Assembly (NCBI GenBank): GCA_024704765.1
Contig: JAKMXF010000110.1
Span: 186,001 to 250,000 of the forward strand
Direction: 5' to 3'
DNA length: 64,000 nt
DNA from: Oopsacas minuta
Lineage: Eukaryota > Animalia > Porifera
The translations under genes and the position numbers were made by a program. The notes beneath the pieces are model-generated. The model was not told the DNA's origin and made no database searches. It saw nothing but the letters and a program-made list of their open reading frames with translations. Numbering within the stretch: the stretch's first letter is position 1; each line of letters opens with the position of its first letter. This document shows positions 1-10,714 of the stretch, piece by piece.

Positions 1-215
1 CTGTATCAATAATATATTGATTGAATAAACCATAGGACCCCGAGACTAACTTGGTTTCAGAGCAAATTCTGACATTGGTCAGACTTGTGCAATACAACAA
101 CCGATGAGTAATTAGAAAATCTGATGAAATATCGGATTAATCAGACAAACCGTTAAGTTTTCAAAGTAGTTAATACTACCTCATTCAATCTACACATGTA
201 TGATAGGAACTAGCC

Positions 216-1199
216 ATGAACAGACAAATGACAGGATATTTTGGGACATTATTGAAAGTAGCAGCTGGTGTAGTCATTGGAGCAGTGGGTGTTACCGTTG
301 AAACAGCAGCTGTAATAATCGTTCTTGTATCAGTACCTATTCTAATTGGAGCAACTGCTGTGGGAGTGGGACTGGCAGCTGGAGGTGCCGCTGGGAGAGG
401 TGCTGAGCGTGGTACAGTAGCAATTAACAAACATAGAACAGAGAGTAATTTCGATGGAAAAAGCAACACAATTCAAATATTCATTTTAAATAGCGATGGA
501 AGTGATACATACTTAACTATGCCATCAAGTAAAGACAGGATTCGACAGTTGAAAGTACGCATCCAACAAAAATTAGGAGTAAACACACAGAATCAGTGCT
601 TAAGGTACCAAGGCATACAATTAGAAGATACAAACACTCTAGAAAGTTACAATATAACTAATAATAATTCGACGATTAGATTGTCCATTGGAACTCAAGG
701 CGGTTCAATAGGACAAGACTTCATTGATTCTATATATTTGGATCCTCATTGGGATCGTGACTACACTAACTTAACACGTGAGCATATTAAGCGTATGAGA
801 GGAGGATATCAATACTATAGACCTTGTGGATGGAAGAGAATAGCTATTAAAGTGACAGGGAAGTATTCTGATGACAAATGGCTGGGACACACTGGTGCCA
901 AAGGTGAATGGGCAGTAACCTACCATGGAACGAAACAGCCAGTATTTGAAAAGATTTGTGGTGAAGGGTATAAAGTAGGACCAAGAGCGGCATATGGTAA
1001 AGGTGTTTACTCATCACCTGATATTAACGTAGTCCAATGTTATGCATCACAATTTCAAATTAATGGAGTTGAATATTTGGGAATATTTCAGAACCGAGTA
1101 AACCCAAGTGGTGTGAATATAGTGTGTGCTGGAAAGTTCTGGGTATGTCCAGATCCAAAAGATATAAGGCCGTATGGTCTGTGTGTGAAAAGATGTTAG
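216..1199 (+). CDS. Intronless protein: Gly/Ala/Val-rich hydrophobic N-terminus + ubiquitin-like domain ending in GG + ADP-ribosyltransferase (PARP/NEURL4-like) fold domain, copy 1
   Basis: IQIFILNSDGSDTYLTM...KVRIQQKLGV...QQ-like QCLRYQGIQLEDTNTLESYNI...LSIGTQGG aligns by eye with ubiquitin. The C-terminal part has RPCGWKR, WAVTYHGT (catalytic His strand) and YGKGVYSSP (Tyr strand), typical of H-Y-x ART folds. Confidence 0.75.
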   Translation: MNRQMTGYFGTLLKVAAGVVIGAVGVTVETAAVIIVLVSVPILIGATAVGVGLAAGGAAGRGAERGTVAINKHRTESNFDGKSNTIQIFILNSDGSDTYLTMPSSKDRIRQLKVRIQQKLGVNTQNQCLRYQGIQLEDTNTLESYNITNNNSTIRLSIGTQGGSIGQDFIDSIYLDPHWDRDYTNLTREHIKRMRGGYQYYRPCGWKRIAIKVTGKYSDDKWLGHTGAKGEWAVTYHGTKQPVFEKICGEGYKVGPRAAYGKGVYSSPDINVVQCYASQFQINGVEYLGIFQNRVNPSGVNIVCAGKFWVCPDPKDIRPYGLCVKRC

Positions 1200-2051
1200 T
1201 GCTACTTCCGTGGAGACAATCTTAGAGTTGTATAATAGTTTGTGTGCTTAAATAAATTTCTATGATTGTGAATTGTATATTTCGTATATTAAAATACGTA
1301 AGTAATTATTTGGCTGTAAATTTCCCACGGGTCATCTAAATAATATCAGCAGCCTGGGTCAAAAGCATTAGCATAATGTACACACTTAATTAGGTAGGAA
1401 TATAAAGAAAGATCTTTAATGAGATTAGTACATTGGAATATCAAAAGAGATGATGTAATCTCCTATACAAATTGTAGAGAGATGATGTAATAAGAAATTA
1501 AGATATTTACTATAAATATATCGAAAAAAGATGAGAATAAATAATAGTTTTATCATCTTTGGGATTGCTTACTGATATACTACTATTAAAGAGGTACAAA
1601 TATTAATAATCAATTTACCAGCAAAATACTATAAGTATTCATTGTGAAGGTATGTTAATATAAATTAGAAATTAATAAATTAATAAAAAGTATTAGAATT
1701 ATGATGATAAATGTGTATCATATGATAAATCTGAATTTGTAATTTCCGGCTTCGAAATTCTCGAAATCGGATTCTACACACCCAATTACCCCAGACAGCA
1801 TGTTAACACCATTACTTTAGAATTTCCCAAGGTGTGATAAATATGATTAATCGCCAAAAAGGTGTGAAAATGTAACTTTAGAAAGAATTCATACCTGAGG
1901 TGCAAATCTACGACCCAAAATGTATATGTATACCTATTTTCATATTAATCTGACTGCATCTATAGTCACTGAAGATATTAGTAGACACATTATGTTTTAA
2001 AGATGTTAATATATTACATTTGATTGAGCAAATTTATGTTAGGAACGAACC

Positions 2052-3017
2052 ATGGAATTTCATCTAGACACATTCTTGGAAGTAGCAGCTGTAATAATCA
2101 CGGCTCCTATATCAGTACCTATCCTAATTGGAGCAGCTGCTCTGGGATTTGGAGAAACAGATGAAAATTCTGTTGGTGGAGGTGCTGTACGTGGTGCAGT
2201 AGCAATTAACAATAAGAAAACAAAGAGAAATTTCTGTGCAAATAGCACCTCAGTCCAAATATATATTTTAAATAGCGATGGAAGTGATACATACATAACT
2301 ATGCCATCAAGTAAAGACACTATTCTACAGTTGAAAGGACGCATCCAACAAAAATTAGGAGTAAACACACAGAATCAGTGCTTATGGTACCAATGGATAC
2401 TATTAGAAGATACAAACACCCTAAAAAGTTATAATATAACTAATAATTCTATTATTACAATGTCCATTGGAACTCAAGTCAGTTCAATACGACTAAACTT
2501 CATTGATTCTATATATTTGGATCCTCATTGGGATCGTGACTACACTAGCTCAACACGTGAGCATATTAAGCGTATGAGAGGAGGATATCAATACTATAGA
2601 CCTTGTGGATGGAAGAGAATAGCTATTAAAGTGATAGGGAAATATTCTGATGACAAATGGCTGGGACACACTGGTGCAGAAGGTGAATGGGCAGTAACCT
2701 ACCATGGAACGAAACAGCCAGTAACCTACCATGGAACGAAACAGCCAGTATTTGAAAAGATTTGTGTTGAAGGATATAAAGTAGGACCAAGAGCGGCATA
2801 TGGTAAAGGTGTTTACTCATCACCTGATATTAATGTAGCTCAATATTATGCACAACAATTTCTAATTAATGGAGTTGAATATTTGGGAATATTTCAGAAC
2901 CGAGTAAACCCAAAAGGTGTGAATATAGAGTGCGCTGGAAAGTTCTGGGTATGTCCAGATCCAAAAGACATAAGGCCGTATGGTTTGTGTGTAAAAAGAT
3001 GTGTGAAATCTGCTTAG
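2052..3017 (+). CDS. Tandem paralog (copy 2) of the hydrophobic-Ubl-ART protein
   Basis: Same architecture; the DNA of the ART part is near-identical to copy 1. The Ubl ends TQVS instead of TQGG, and VTYHGTKQP is duplicated. Confidence 0.75.
   Translation: MEFHLDTFLEVAAVIITAPISVPILIGAAALGFGETDENSVGGGAVRGAVAINNKKTKRNFCANSTSVQIYILNSDGSDTYITMPSSKDTILQLKGRIQQKLGVNTQNQCLWYQWILLEDTNTLKSYNITNNSIITMSIGTQVSSIRLNFIDSIYLDPHWDRDYTSSTREHIKRMRGGYQYYRPCGWKRIAIKVIGKYSDDKWLGHTGAEGEWAVTYHGTKQPVTYHGTKQPVFEKICVEGYKVGPRAAYGKGVYSSPDINVAQYYAQQFLINGVEYLGIFQNRVNPKGVNIECAGKFWVCPDPKDIRPYGLCVKRCVKSA
2692..2750 (+). repeat. Exact in-frame 27-bp tandem duplication inside copy 2
   Basis: cagtaacctaccatggaacgaaacagc at 2692-2718 and 2719-2745, followed by cagta. 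Confidence 0.97.
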
Positions 3018-3581
3018 AGGCATTATTATAGCTAGTGTGATAAGTATGTATGTATTCGGTGGTTTTGTTTTGTTGCTCTAATAATTATCATTACTTTACG
3101 TAAACTAATTCGGATTTAACTGAATAGTACTTTATAAGAATTGTGGTGAAAAACATAGCCTGAATTCAAATTGTTCTCGACAATGGGGAAATCGATTAAA
3201 TAGACTCATGGTATACTTTGAACGAGCGGAGTTATCTGTATTGCAATTTGGGAATAGTTGTTAGTAAATTCTACGAATTAGTACTGAGCGCTAGCTAGAG
3301 TAGTAGCCAAGGTGAGGCATCTGCGACACATGCCGAGCCTCAAATAGCATGTGACCACCAAAGTTTACATAGAAATGTATTACAAGTGCGGCAATGCCAC
3401 ACCTCTGTCACTACTTTCCCGTACCTATGCCGCACTCTTTACGTGGCCCTAGCTACACTTCTGGTACTACGTATTACTAAATACAAACTTTTTTGCATTT
3501 TCCCATTTAATAATATACACTATAACACATTAAGACGGTGTGGGTAATTATATATACTATTAGTACATTCCACCATATATA

Positions 3582-6500
3582 TCACTTCAATAAACTCTGA
3601 TATTCTAATGTCATCAACTTCTTCCGTTTGATATAATGCTCAGCTATCTGTACCTTAGAATTCTGCATATAACTAGCAGCTATTTCATTCTCTTTAACAA
3701 TCTGAGCCTGTAGACCAGCTATGTAGCTCTTCTTAAATACAGGAATAGCTAAATTAGTTTGATAATACTTCACCTTTGTAACTATAGCAGTTTGTCTACT
3801 TATTAGCTCAGCGGGAACTGGTTTACCCTTGCTTTTGAATACTTCCTGGTTACTGACTATTAATTGGAGTTCTAACTTTAAGGCCTCAATGCTAGGTGTA
3901 TCTTCTACTTTAGCTGGAGATATGAATGTACCCGAACCAGGCTGTTGTTGAGGTTGTGCTGTTGTTGAGGTTGCAACTGGTTGTTTCTGTCTCAGATTCC
4001 TAGGTGCTGTTATCATTGGAATCTTACTAGACTCAACAAACTCGTCTAAAACTAACCAAGAATGATTCTCCATTAAAACTTCTTTACTTTCTAAAGGTTC
4101 TTTCAAACGGATTTGTATCTGAAGAGGGAGTATAAATATTAAAAATTGTATTTATATTATATTTTGTGCCAATTATCTTTAATAGTTTGGAAATGGCAAA
4201 AATTTATATTTGCTGTTTGCTCAGTTCAAATTAAATGGTGTATTAGTACCTTCAAGCGCTATGTACCGTATAACAGAGGAAATATACTATATGTTACTTT
4301 GACGGTTTGGGACCATATTTGTACAATTTCAGACTTCGTATAAGCGGGTATTTCGATATAACAGAAGCTGATTATAGAAGAGAGATCCGGAGAGACTGTG
4401 TCTAGCATCATTTATATAAATATAATTACCTCCATCTTACAACTAGTCTGCTTCCTGCCATCCATAATAGTCAGAGACTCGTGTATCTCAGCCTTGGTTG
4501 ATAACGCACTAAGGTTAAGAGAGCAAGTTCCTATAACCTCCCCTCTCCTCAGTAACCCCTTCTTATAATATATTGTTATCTTGAGGGGATGTCTCTTGCA
4601 GGTACGCATGAATGACTTTATTTTCCCTCTATCTATCTTAAATAGTTTAGGATCATTAAACTCAGGACTTGTAGTACCTTTAATACTCTTTGTGGATAGA
4701 GTTTGAGGTTCCTCATGGGAGGGAAAAGGGAAATCAAACGTGACGTAACAGTCTAGATCTTTGCTCTCGTAGTCTTTGGGGAGTGGAATATTGATACAAC
4801 GAACTACAGATATCTGGAAATTGAAAATATCGTAATAATTAGAAGAAACACTTTCATAAAATTACTAATACAGTAAAATCCGAATGCAAAATTTCGAATT
4901 ATCTGAAGTAATTAGAAATTATCTTTTAAATATTAAGAAAGTTACGTGGCATTTTAACAAGTAAATAGTACAAGTCAGAAGCAAATATACAAAATATAAA
5001 TATGTCATTCTTACTTCACATTGGTCTGGTTCAATTTCAGGATTAATATTGAATGTAGGAATCTGTCTAGCTTCGTAGTGATATGCTGGAGGAGCATAAC
5101 CATGATCTCTAGCTGATTTTAGGTTCATAAGGTCACGCTTACATTGTTCTAGAAGGTTCTCGAATTGGTTAGCTTTCCCAATCTCCATTATCGCTCTACA
5201 CTGTGCTGCGCTAGTCTTGCACAAATCGATCTGTTTACTACAGACAAATAACAAATAACATACAAGTTGTCAACTTTTGTATAAATCTGTCAGTGAGGAT
5301 TTGTTTAAGATCAGCTGTATTTAGCTAGTTTTTGAAATGCAATGGATGGCTATAGGATCTCAACCCATCATTATATTGCAAATTAAGTTCATTTCGTAAA
5401 GAATCATTGTAATAGCTTCAATTTTCCCAGAAAAATTTAAAGTGAGAAGGTAAAATACAAGTGACATTGTGGTCAAAGAAGTGAGTCCCACTTTGTTTAA
5501 TGAGACTTAACAACTATGATTTTACAATGAGTAAACTGACTTGCAAGACTCCTCCAGTTCTGCAAACAACTCTACATCCTTATCAGAAGCTTTTTTTAGA
5601 TCAGTCATCCTCTTGACAGCTGGCATACTGACCTGAGTACTAGGTGGTACTTGTGTTAGATCTACTCTTATGCCAGACTTGGCTAGCTCTAACATAGGTT
5701 CTAATCCCTTCATATAAATTAGATATTTCTTAGCTTGTTCTAATTTTTCTTCTTTCTTATAGCGAATAGCTAATCCTCTGAACTCATCAATCCTAGAGTT
5801 GAGAACTCTCAGCTGTTCCTCATATGTAGCTTCATCTACCTTCTGTAGCTGACCCCTGGAGGCTCCCTGAGGGGGAGGGGCGTGTGTGGCTACTTTTGAT
5901 ACAGCTGGAGATGGCGCAACAGGAGCCTGAGCCTACATATATGTACATATCGTTGTATGTAAAACATTAATATGTTTGAGGAATAGTTGAAATTCGGTTG
6001 GTAAAGAACACCTAAGTATTCGTATGTGTGACTTGTAGAAGCATACTCAAAGATACATAGAGTACTGTATTAGCAAGGAAGATTCATGCAAAATACGATT
6101 TGCTAATAGTTCTACACCACTGCATTCAGTTATGTACCGTATTAATAACTCACTGTTGTATGCCCTGTCCCAGGGAGAGGAGGGTATCCAGGTGGAACAG
6201 GAAGGTCATCGTAATCAAAGGATACTCCCTTTTTCGTGGCAGTAATGGCTTCTTGATACTGCATGACTATTCTATTCATTCTTCTAATTTTGCTAGAAGC
6301 TTCATCCTTCTGTGCTTGCTGTAATCCCTCTTGATACTTCGCTAGTCTCTGCTGGAGACCTTCTAATATGGTCTTAGGAACACCAACATTATATGATAGA
6401 GGTTCTATAAGAGACAGTAATTGAGATACTTAAATGAGATACAGAATATCATAGTTAATCCAAACAGGTATAAATTTGATACAAACTTTGGACAATACCC

Positions 6501-9500
6501 TAAAATGTTGGAAACCTGTGGTCTACTGTATTCTATAACTGTATTATTCATTCATAGTATAGTGACCTACTATGATGTAACAATAAACTACTACACTAAC
6601 CTTCTGTATCTGGAGCAGGACTACTATCACCTGATTGTGTAGGAACAGGTACAGGTGGTCTAGCTACAGGAACTACTTGAGGGGAGCTAGAGGAGACAGG
6701 AGCTGTTTGAGGAGGTCTCCTTGCTCCAGGAGGTGGGAGAGGAGGATAACCAGGAGGAACTGGGAGTTCATTGTACTCATAAGGTTTCCCTGCTTTACAT
6801 GCTGTTATAGCTTCTTGAAATTGAGCTAAAACTCGCTTCATCCTTCTAGCTTTTGAAGAATTACCTTCTTGTTCAGCCTTGACTACTCCTTCTTTGTACT
6901 TCTCCAATCTCTGCTGAAGACCTCCTAGCAGTGTGGATGGGACAGGGATAGCAGGGTCGCTCTCTGGGGGAGGGGATTCGGATCTTGTCTGAGGGGGTTC
7001 ACTTGCACTAGGTTTCCTTAGTTGGTTCTGCTGTATAGGCCATGAAGAGATGGAGAGTAGGAAGGACGGTGAAAATCCTTCTGGGGCTTGTGGCATAGCA
7101 TCCAATGAAATAGGATTACCTTCGTCTAATGCACTTATAACCTTATTAAAGTTAAGTGAATATTTTAGATATTGTCTCATTTTATCAGTCTGTTGTTTCT
7201 GCTTAGCTATAGCAGCTGCTTGTTTGTATTGAGTTTGTCTTTCAGACAGAAACTCTCTCACTTTATCACGAGTAATCCGATCAGGGGATAAGGTTATAGG
7301 AGGTTGGGTAGGGCGGGGTCTGGGCTGAGGAGGGGGAGGAGCGGACCTGGTGGAGACAGGGGGCTTGGGTGCGGGGGTGACGTCATTGGTTAATCTCTGT
7401 AACTCATCTGTTGGTATTTCAAAATCATCATCTAGTGATATAAGCGGTGTTTCTATAGGAGGTCGTTGCTTAGGAGATTGATGAATCACATTAGGGACTG
7501 TGTTAGAGGGAGGAACCGGAGGAGGAGATGGCTTAGATGCCCTAGGAGCTGGTTTAGGTGCTATCTTAACGTCAGTCATCTCATCTGCCATTTTAGCGAG
7601 TTCATCTGTTTCATCTGATGTACTAACAGGGCCTATAATGGAATACAGTACTCGGTTAATAGGTACTTCTTCTTGAAACCAAAATATGTTGTTCCCTATT
7701 CATTTTAATACAATCTCCACTAGGATAGTATATTCTAAATTGTGTTATCTCCAAAAGGACGTCTTATATGAGTTCTGCAACACATTTTATAGCCAACTAA
7801 CATCGCTTTTAGTTGTTTTAATATCTTTTGTGTGTCAGGGACAGATCAAAGGAAATGAAGAGAAATGCTGACGAGATTTCGCTATACAATTTCAGTGAAA
7901 ACTGTAATAGTGTCATGGCATGAATAACTAACCTTTATTGACAGAAGATATCTTAGTTATAACAGGAGGCGGGATATCATCTACATTAATAGCAGCTCCT
8001 TTATTAGCTTGTGTTAACATATCCTGTAAAGTACCTAATCCTCTCTTTAGACGTCTAGTCTTACTGGTAGCTTGTTCTCTCTCCGATACCACCAGAGCTT
8101 CCTAAATGAAATTCACGTCTAACAAGGTTGCTATAACGACGATGTTAACTTCTCAATGGAAATAATATACTACAATTGAATAAATATACGTGCATACAGA
8201 TGCTGTATGTAGCTACCTGATAGTTAGCAATCCTTTCAGTAATCTCTTTAACAAGAGGGGACTGAGTAGAAGCTTTAGCAAGGTTATTAGTAGGAGGTGG
8301 AGGTGCCTGTTTAACCGGTTTCTGTTGTGCCTCTGATTTAATCTCTTTGTTGAGAGCATTCAGCTCTGATTCTATATCTACGTCATCTTCCCCACTCTCC
8401 CCATCAGACTACAATTTACAAACATATAGACACGCGCAATACAATATTCTTTCTTGATATACATATATGAACTTCTCAAATATGAAGTACAGTATCTTAT
8501 TATTATTATTATTGTGAATACCAATTATAAGAACACCCTTGAGAGTAGCAAAATATGTTCTTATACGAGCATAAATTATTTTAGGGTATGTACGAACCAT
8601 TTACAGAGGATGGATCTTATATCCGGTGTGTTCTTATAATCAGCATACAACATTTGGTGCAAAACATTGATATTCAAACAAGTATTTCCACATTTACTTG
8701 GCTATTTGCACAACGAGATGAAAACCCTTTTCTTGAGTAGAGACGAGAATAACAGAAATGGAAGCCAAACAGGCATAACTTGATATGTCTCCACTGAAGT
8801 TTATGTGGGACATAACATCAGATAGTTATTAGAATATGTTGTAACCACAACAAGTCAAACAGTTTCTCCTAAACCACCGATATTTGCGTTGCAAAATCCA
8901 TTATTACTACTGGAGGATATGAAGTTCATTCATTGAGATCTGAACAGTCAATTCGAAAAAGAATCAGGACACATTTATATGGCAGATAAGACAAATGTAT
9001 TCTCTATTCTTTAAATGTGAATGTCAAAAGTGTTATAACTAATTATAGCTCTGTATTTCAAGTGTAAGAGCTATAACTTTGTGGAAGTAACTTAATAACA
9101 TTCACATTTAAAGAGAGAGAATACAACTCACTATAATCTAAAGTCGTTGAGACAAGCAAGCCTTCAAATCCAGATCATGATCATATGTACTTATATATCT
9201 CGAAATGATGCAAACAAGAATGTGGGAAGGAAGGTTCAATATCTCAAACAATTGAATGTGGGAAGGAATGTTCAATATCTCAAACAATTTCTTCAAATAC
9301 ATAGCTAAATAAACCAGGACAACAAAACAACAGAGTTCAAATCCTAACTACAATCTTCCCAATTAGCCTGTTACGGAAGAATTCAATAACACATTATGTC
9401 GTTAAATCCACGAAAACAATATCTTATAAGCAATCTTTATTATACGTATTAATCTCTCAGGAAATAATACTATACACCTCCTTAGTACCATATAGAAATG

Positions 9501-10325
9501 GAATGGAATGGAATTCTGAGGAATATAGTTCTTTTGGTTTGAAGATACAGAGTAACAAATGATGTTGCACCTGGGCGTCGTAGAACAATGTCTGGCAATT
9601 GGGCTGTCGGAGGACATAAGTCAAGCCACTATAACACGATTTTGAGGAGAGGTTGAAATCGAGACAAAACACATTTTCGAATCAGTATGATGAAAGCTAG
9701 ATAAATACGTAACTCTTAATTCTGGAATCTGGGCCTACCGGATGGTTCACGAAGACGCCTAGGATATTGCATAACTGAATCCCATAACAATTCTGAATAA
9801 AACTGATACATCTATAAAGTATATAATCTCACTTTCTTGTTATCATCTTCACCTCCTGCTTCGAGATTTAATTCTTCCAATTCAGCAAGAAGATCTGTAT
9901 CTGAGATATCAGAACCTGATCCTGCTAGATCATCTAAATCCAGATCATCTCCTGCTTCTAACTGTTTTTGTATCTTGTCTAGTTGTGCTGTAGTCAGCTG
10001 TTTCTTGTTTGATTCTTTCTATAATGAACCAAAAAAGTTTAGTGAAACTTGTATAATTCACAAACCAAAAGAGTTCCGTCAACTAAATAAAGGCTACTAT
10101 AATCTATAGATTTACCTTTGCTTTTCCAGATTTCCCTCCCATACCAGTAAGCTTAGCTAATTCAGCTTCGAAATCATTATCATCATCTCCTCCTGCACCC
10201 ATGCTAGGATCCATCCCCATGAGACCAGCTAGTCCTGATTGTTTAGGTTTATCACCTCCTCTACCTCCTCTTTGTCTCCCTCCCACTTGTTTCACGTCTT
10301 TATCCTTTTTCTCCTTTCCAAACAT
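3582..10325 (-). CDS. CC2D1: Coiled-coil and C2 domain-containing protein 1 (CC2D1A/B, Lgd/Freud-1), multi-exon, with five DM14 repeats
   Basis: N-terminal 'DDNDFEAELAKL' motif (ORF 10104-10328); DM14 repeats in exons near 8.2-7.95 kb, 7.6-6.6 kb (two), 6404-6154 and 5.9-5.5 kb; C2 domain (VTFDFPFP...YYKKGLLRRGEVIGTCSLNLSAL) at 4.8-4.4 kb; conserved C-terminal SKEVL..E/RQ-type region in ORF 3582-4106. GT-AG junctions are phase-compatible where checked. Confidence 0.9.
4250..4376. mobile_element. MITE family A (pogo/Tigger-like) copy, partly degenerate, in CC2D1 intron
   Basis: Shares the core gttactttgacggtttgggaccatatttgtacaatttcagacttcg and the terminus gatataacagaagctga with other family A copies. 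Confidence 0.75.
8996..9125. repeat. Fold-back inverted repeat (~130 bp) in CC2D1 intron
   Basis: tgtattctctattctttaaatgtgaatgt pairs with acattcacatttaaagagagagaataca; an inner ttatagctct/agagctataa pair is also present. Confidence 0.8.
9218..9289. repeat. 36-bp tandem duplication
   Basis: gaatgtgggaaggaa(g/t)gttcaatatctcaaacaatt twice, one mismatch. Confidence 0.9.
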
Positions 10326-10456
10326 CAATTATTAGAAGATTTAATTAATTCTGCTAATTAAGCTATAACTTAATTATTGGGCAATTTTCGAGGCATCGAA
10401 ATGAGAGCCCAATATTCCATCCAGCTTCAGGCTTCGGAAATTTCTATGAATCTGTA

Positions 10457-10615
10457 CAGTCAAATCCAGTTATATCAGAAGCTCAAGATATCGCAGTAAT
10501 TACTTCGATGTACGCGGAATTCGAAATAATCAATGAAATTTAAGTTACTTTGAAGGTTTGGGCCATATTTGTACAATTTCAGAATTCGAAATAACGATAT
10601 AACGGGAGCTGACTG
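10457..10615. mobile_element. MITE family A (pogo/Tigger-like), intact TA target-site duplication
   Basis: TA|cagtcaaatccagttatatc ... gatataacgggagctgactg|TA. Confidence 0.85.
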
Positions 10616-10714
10616 TAGGTTAATTAAACGCAGTATTCCATTAGAAAATGTCTCCATTGCTCTTTATTGTATAATTGTACAAACACTATAATTACTAGAA
10701 TGAAGATCTAAGTA

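Noticed and set aside
185-2823. Antisense ORFs overlapping the Ubl-ART genes (185-469, 2060-2368, 2550-2732, 2626-2823)
   Set aside because: Shadow ORFs of real genes; low-complexity Pro/Ala/Thr content follows from the GVA-rich sense codons.
3285-3465. Possible MITE between Ubl-ART copy 2 and CC2D1
   Set aside because: Terminal similarity is too loose and there is no TSD or second copy in the window.
8600-9800. Possible decayed gene or transposase in the long CC2D1 intron (ORFs 9402-9617, 9457-9672)
   Set aside because: No recognisable motif in the frames I translated.
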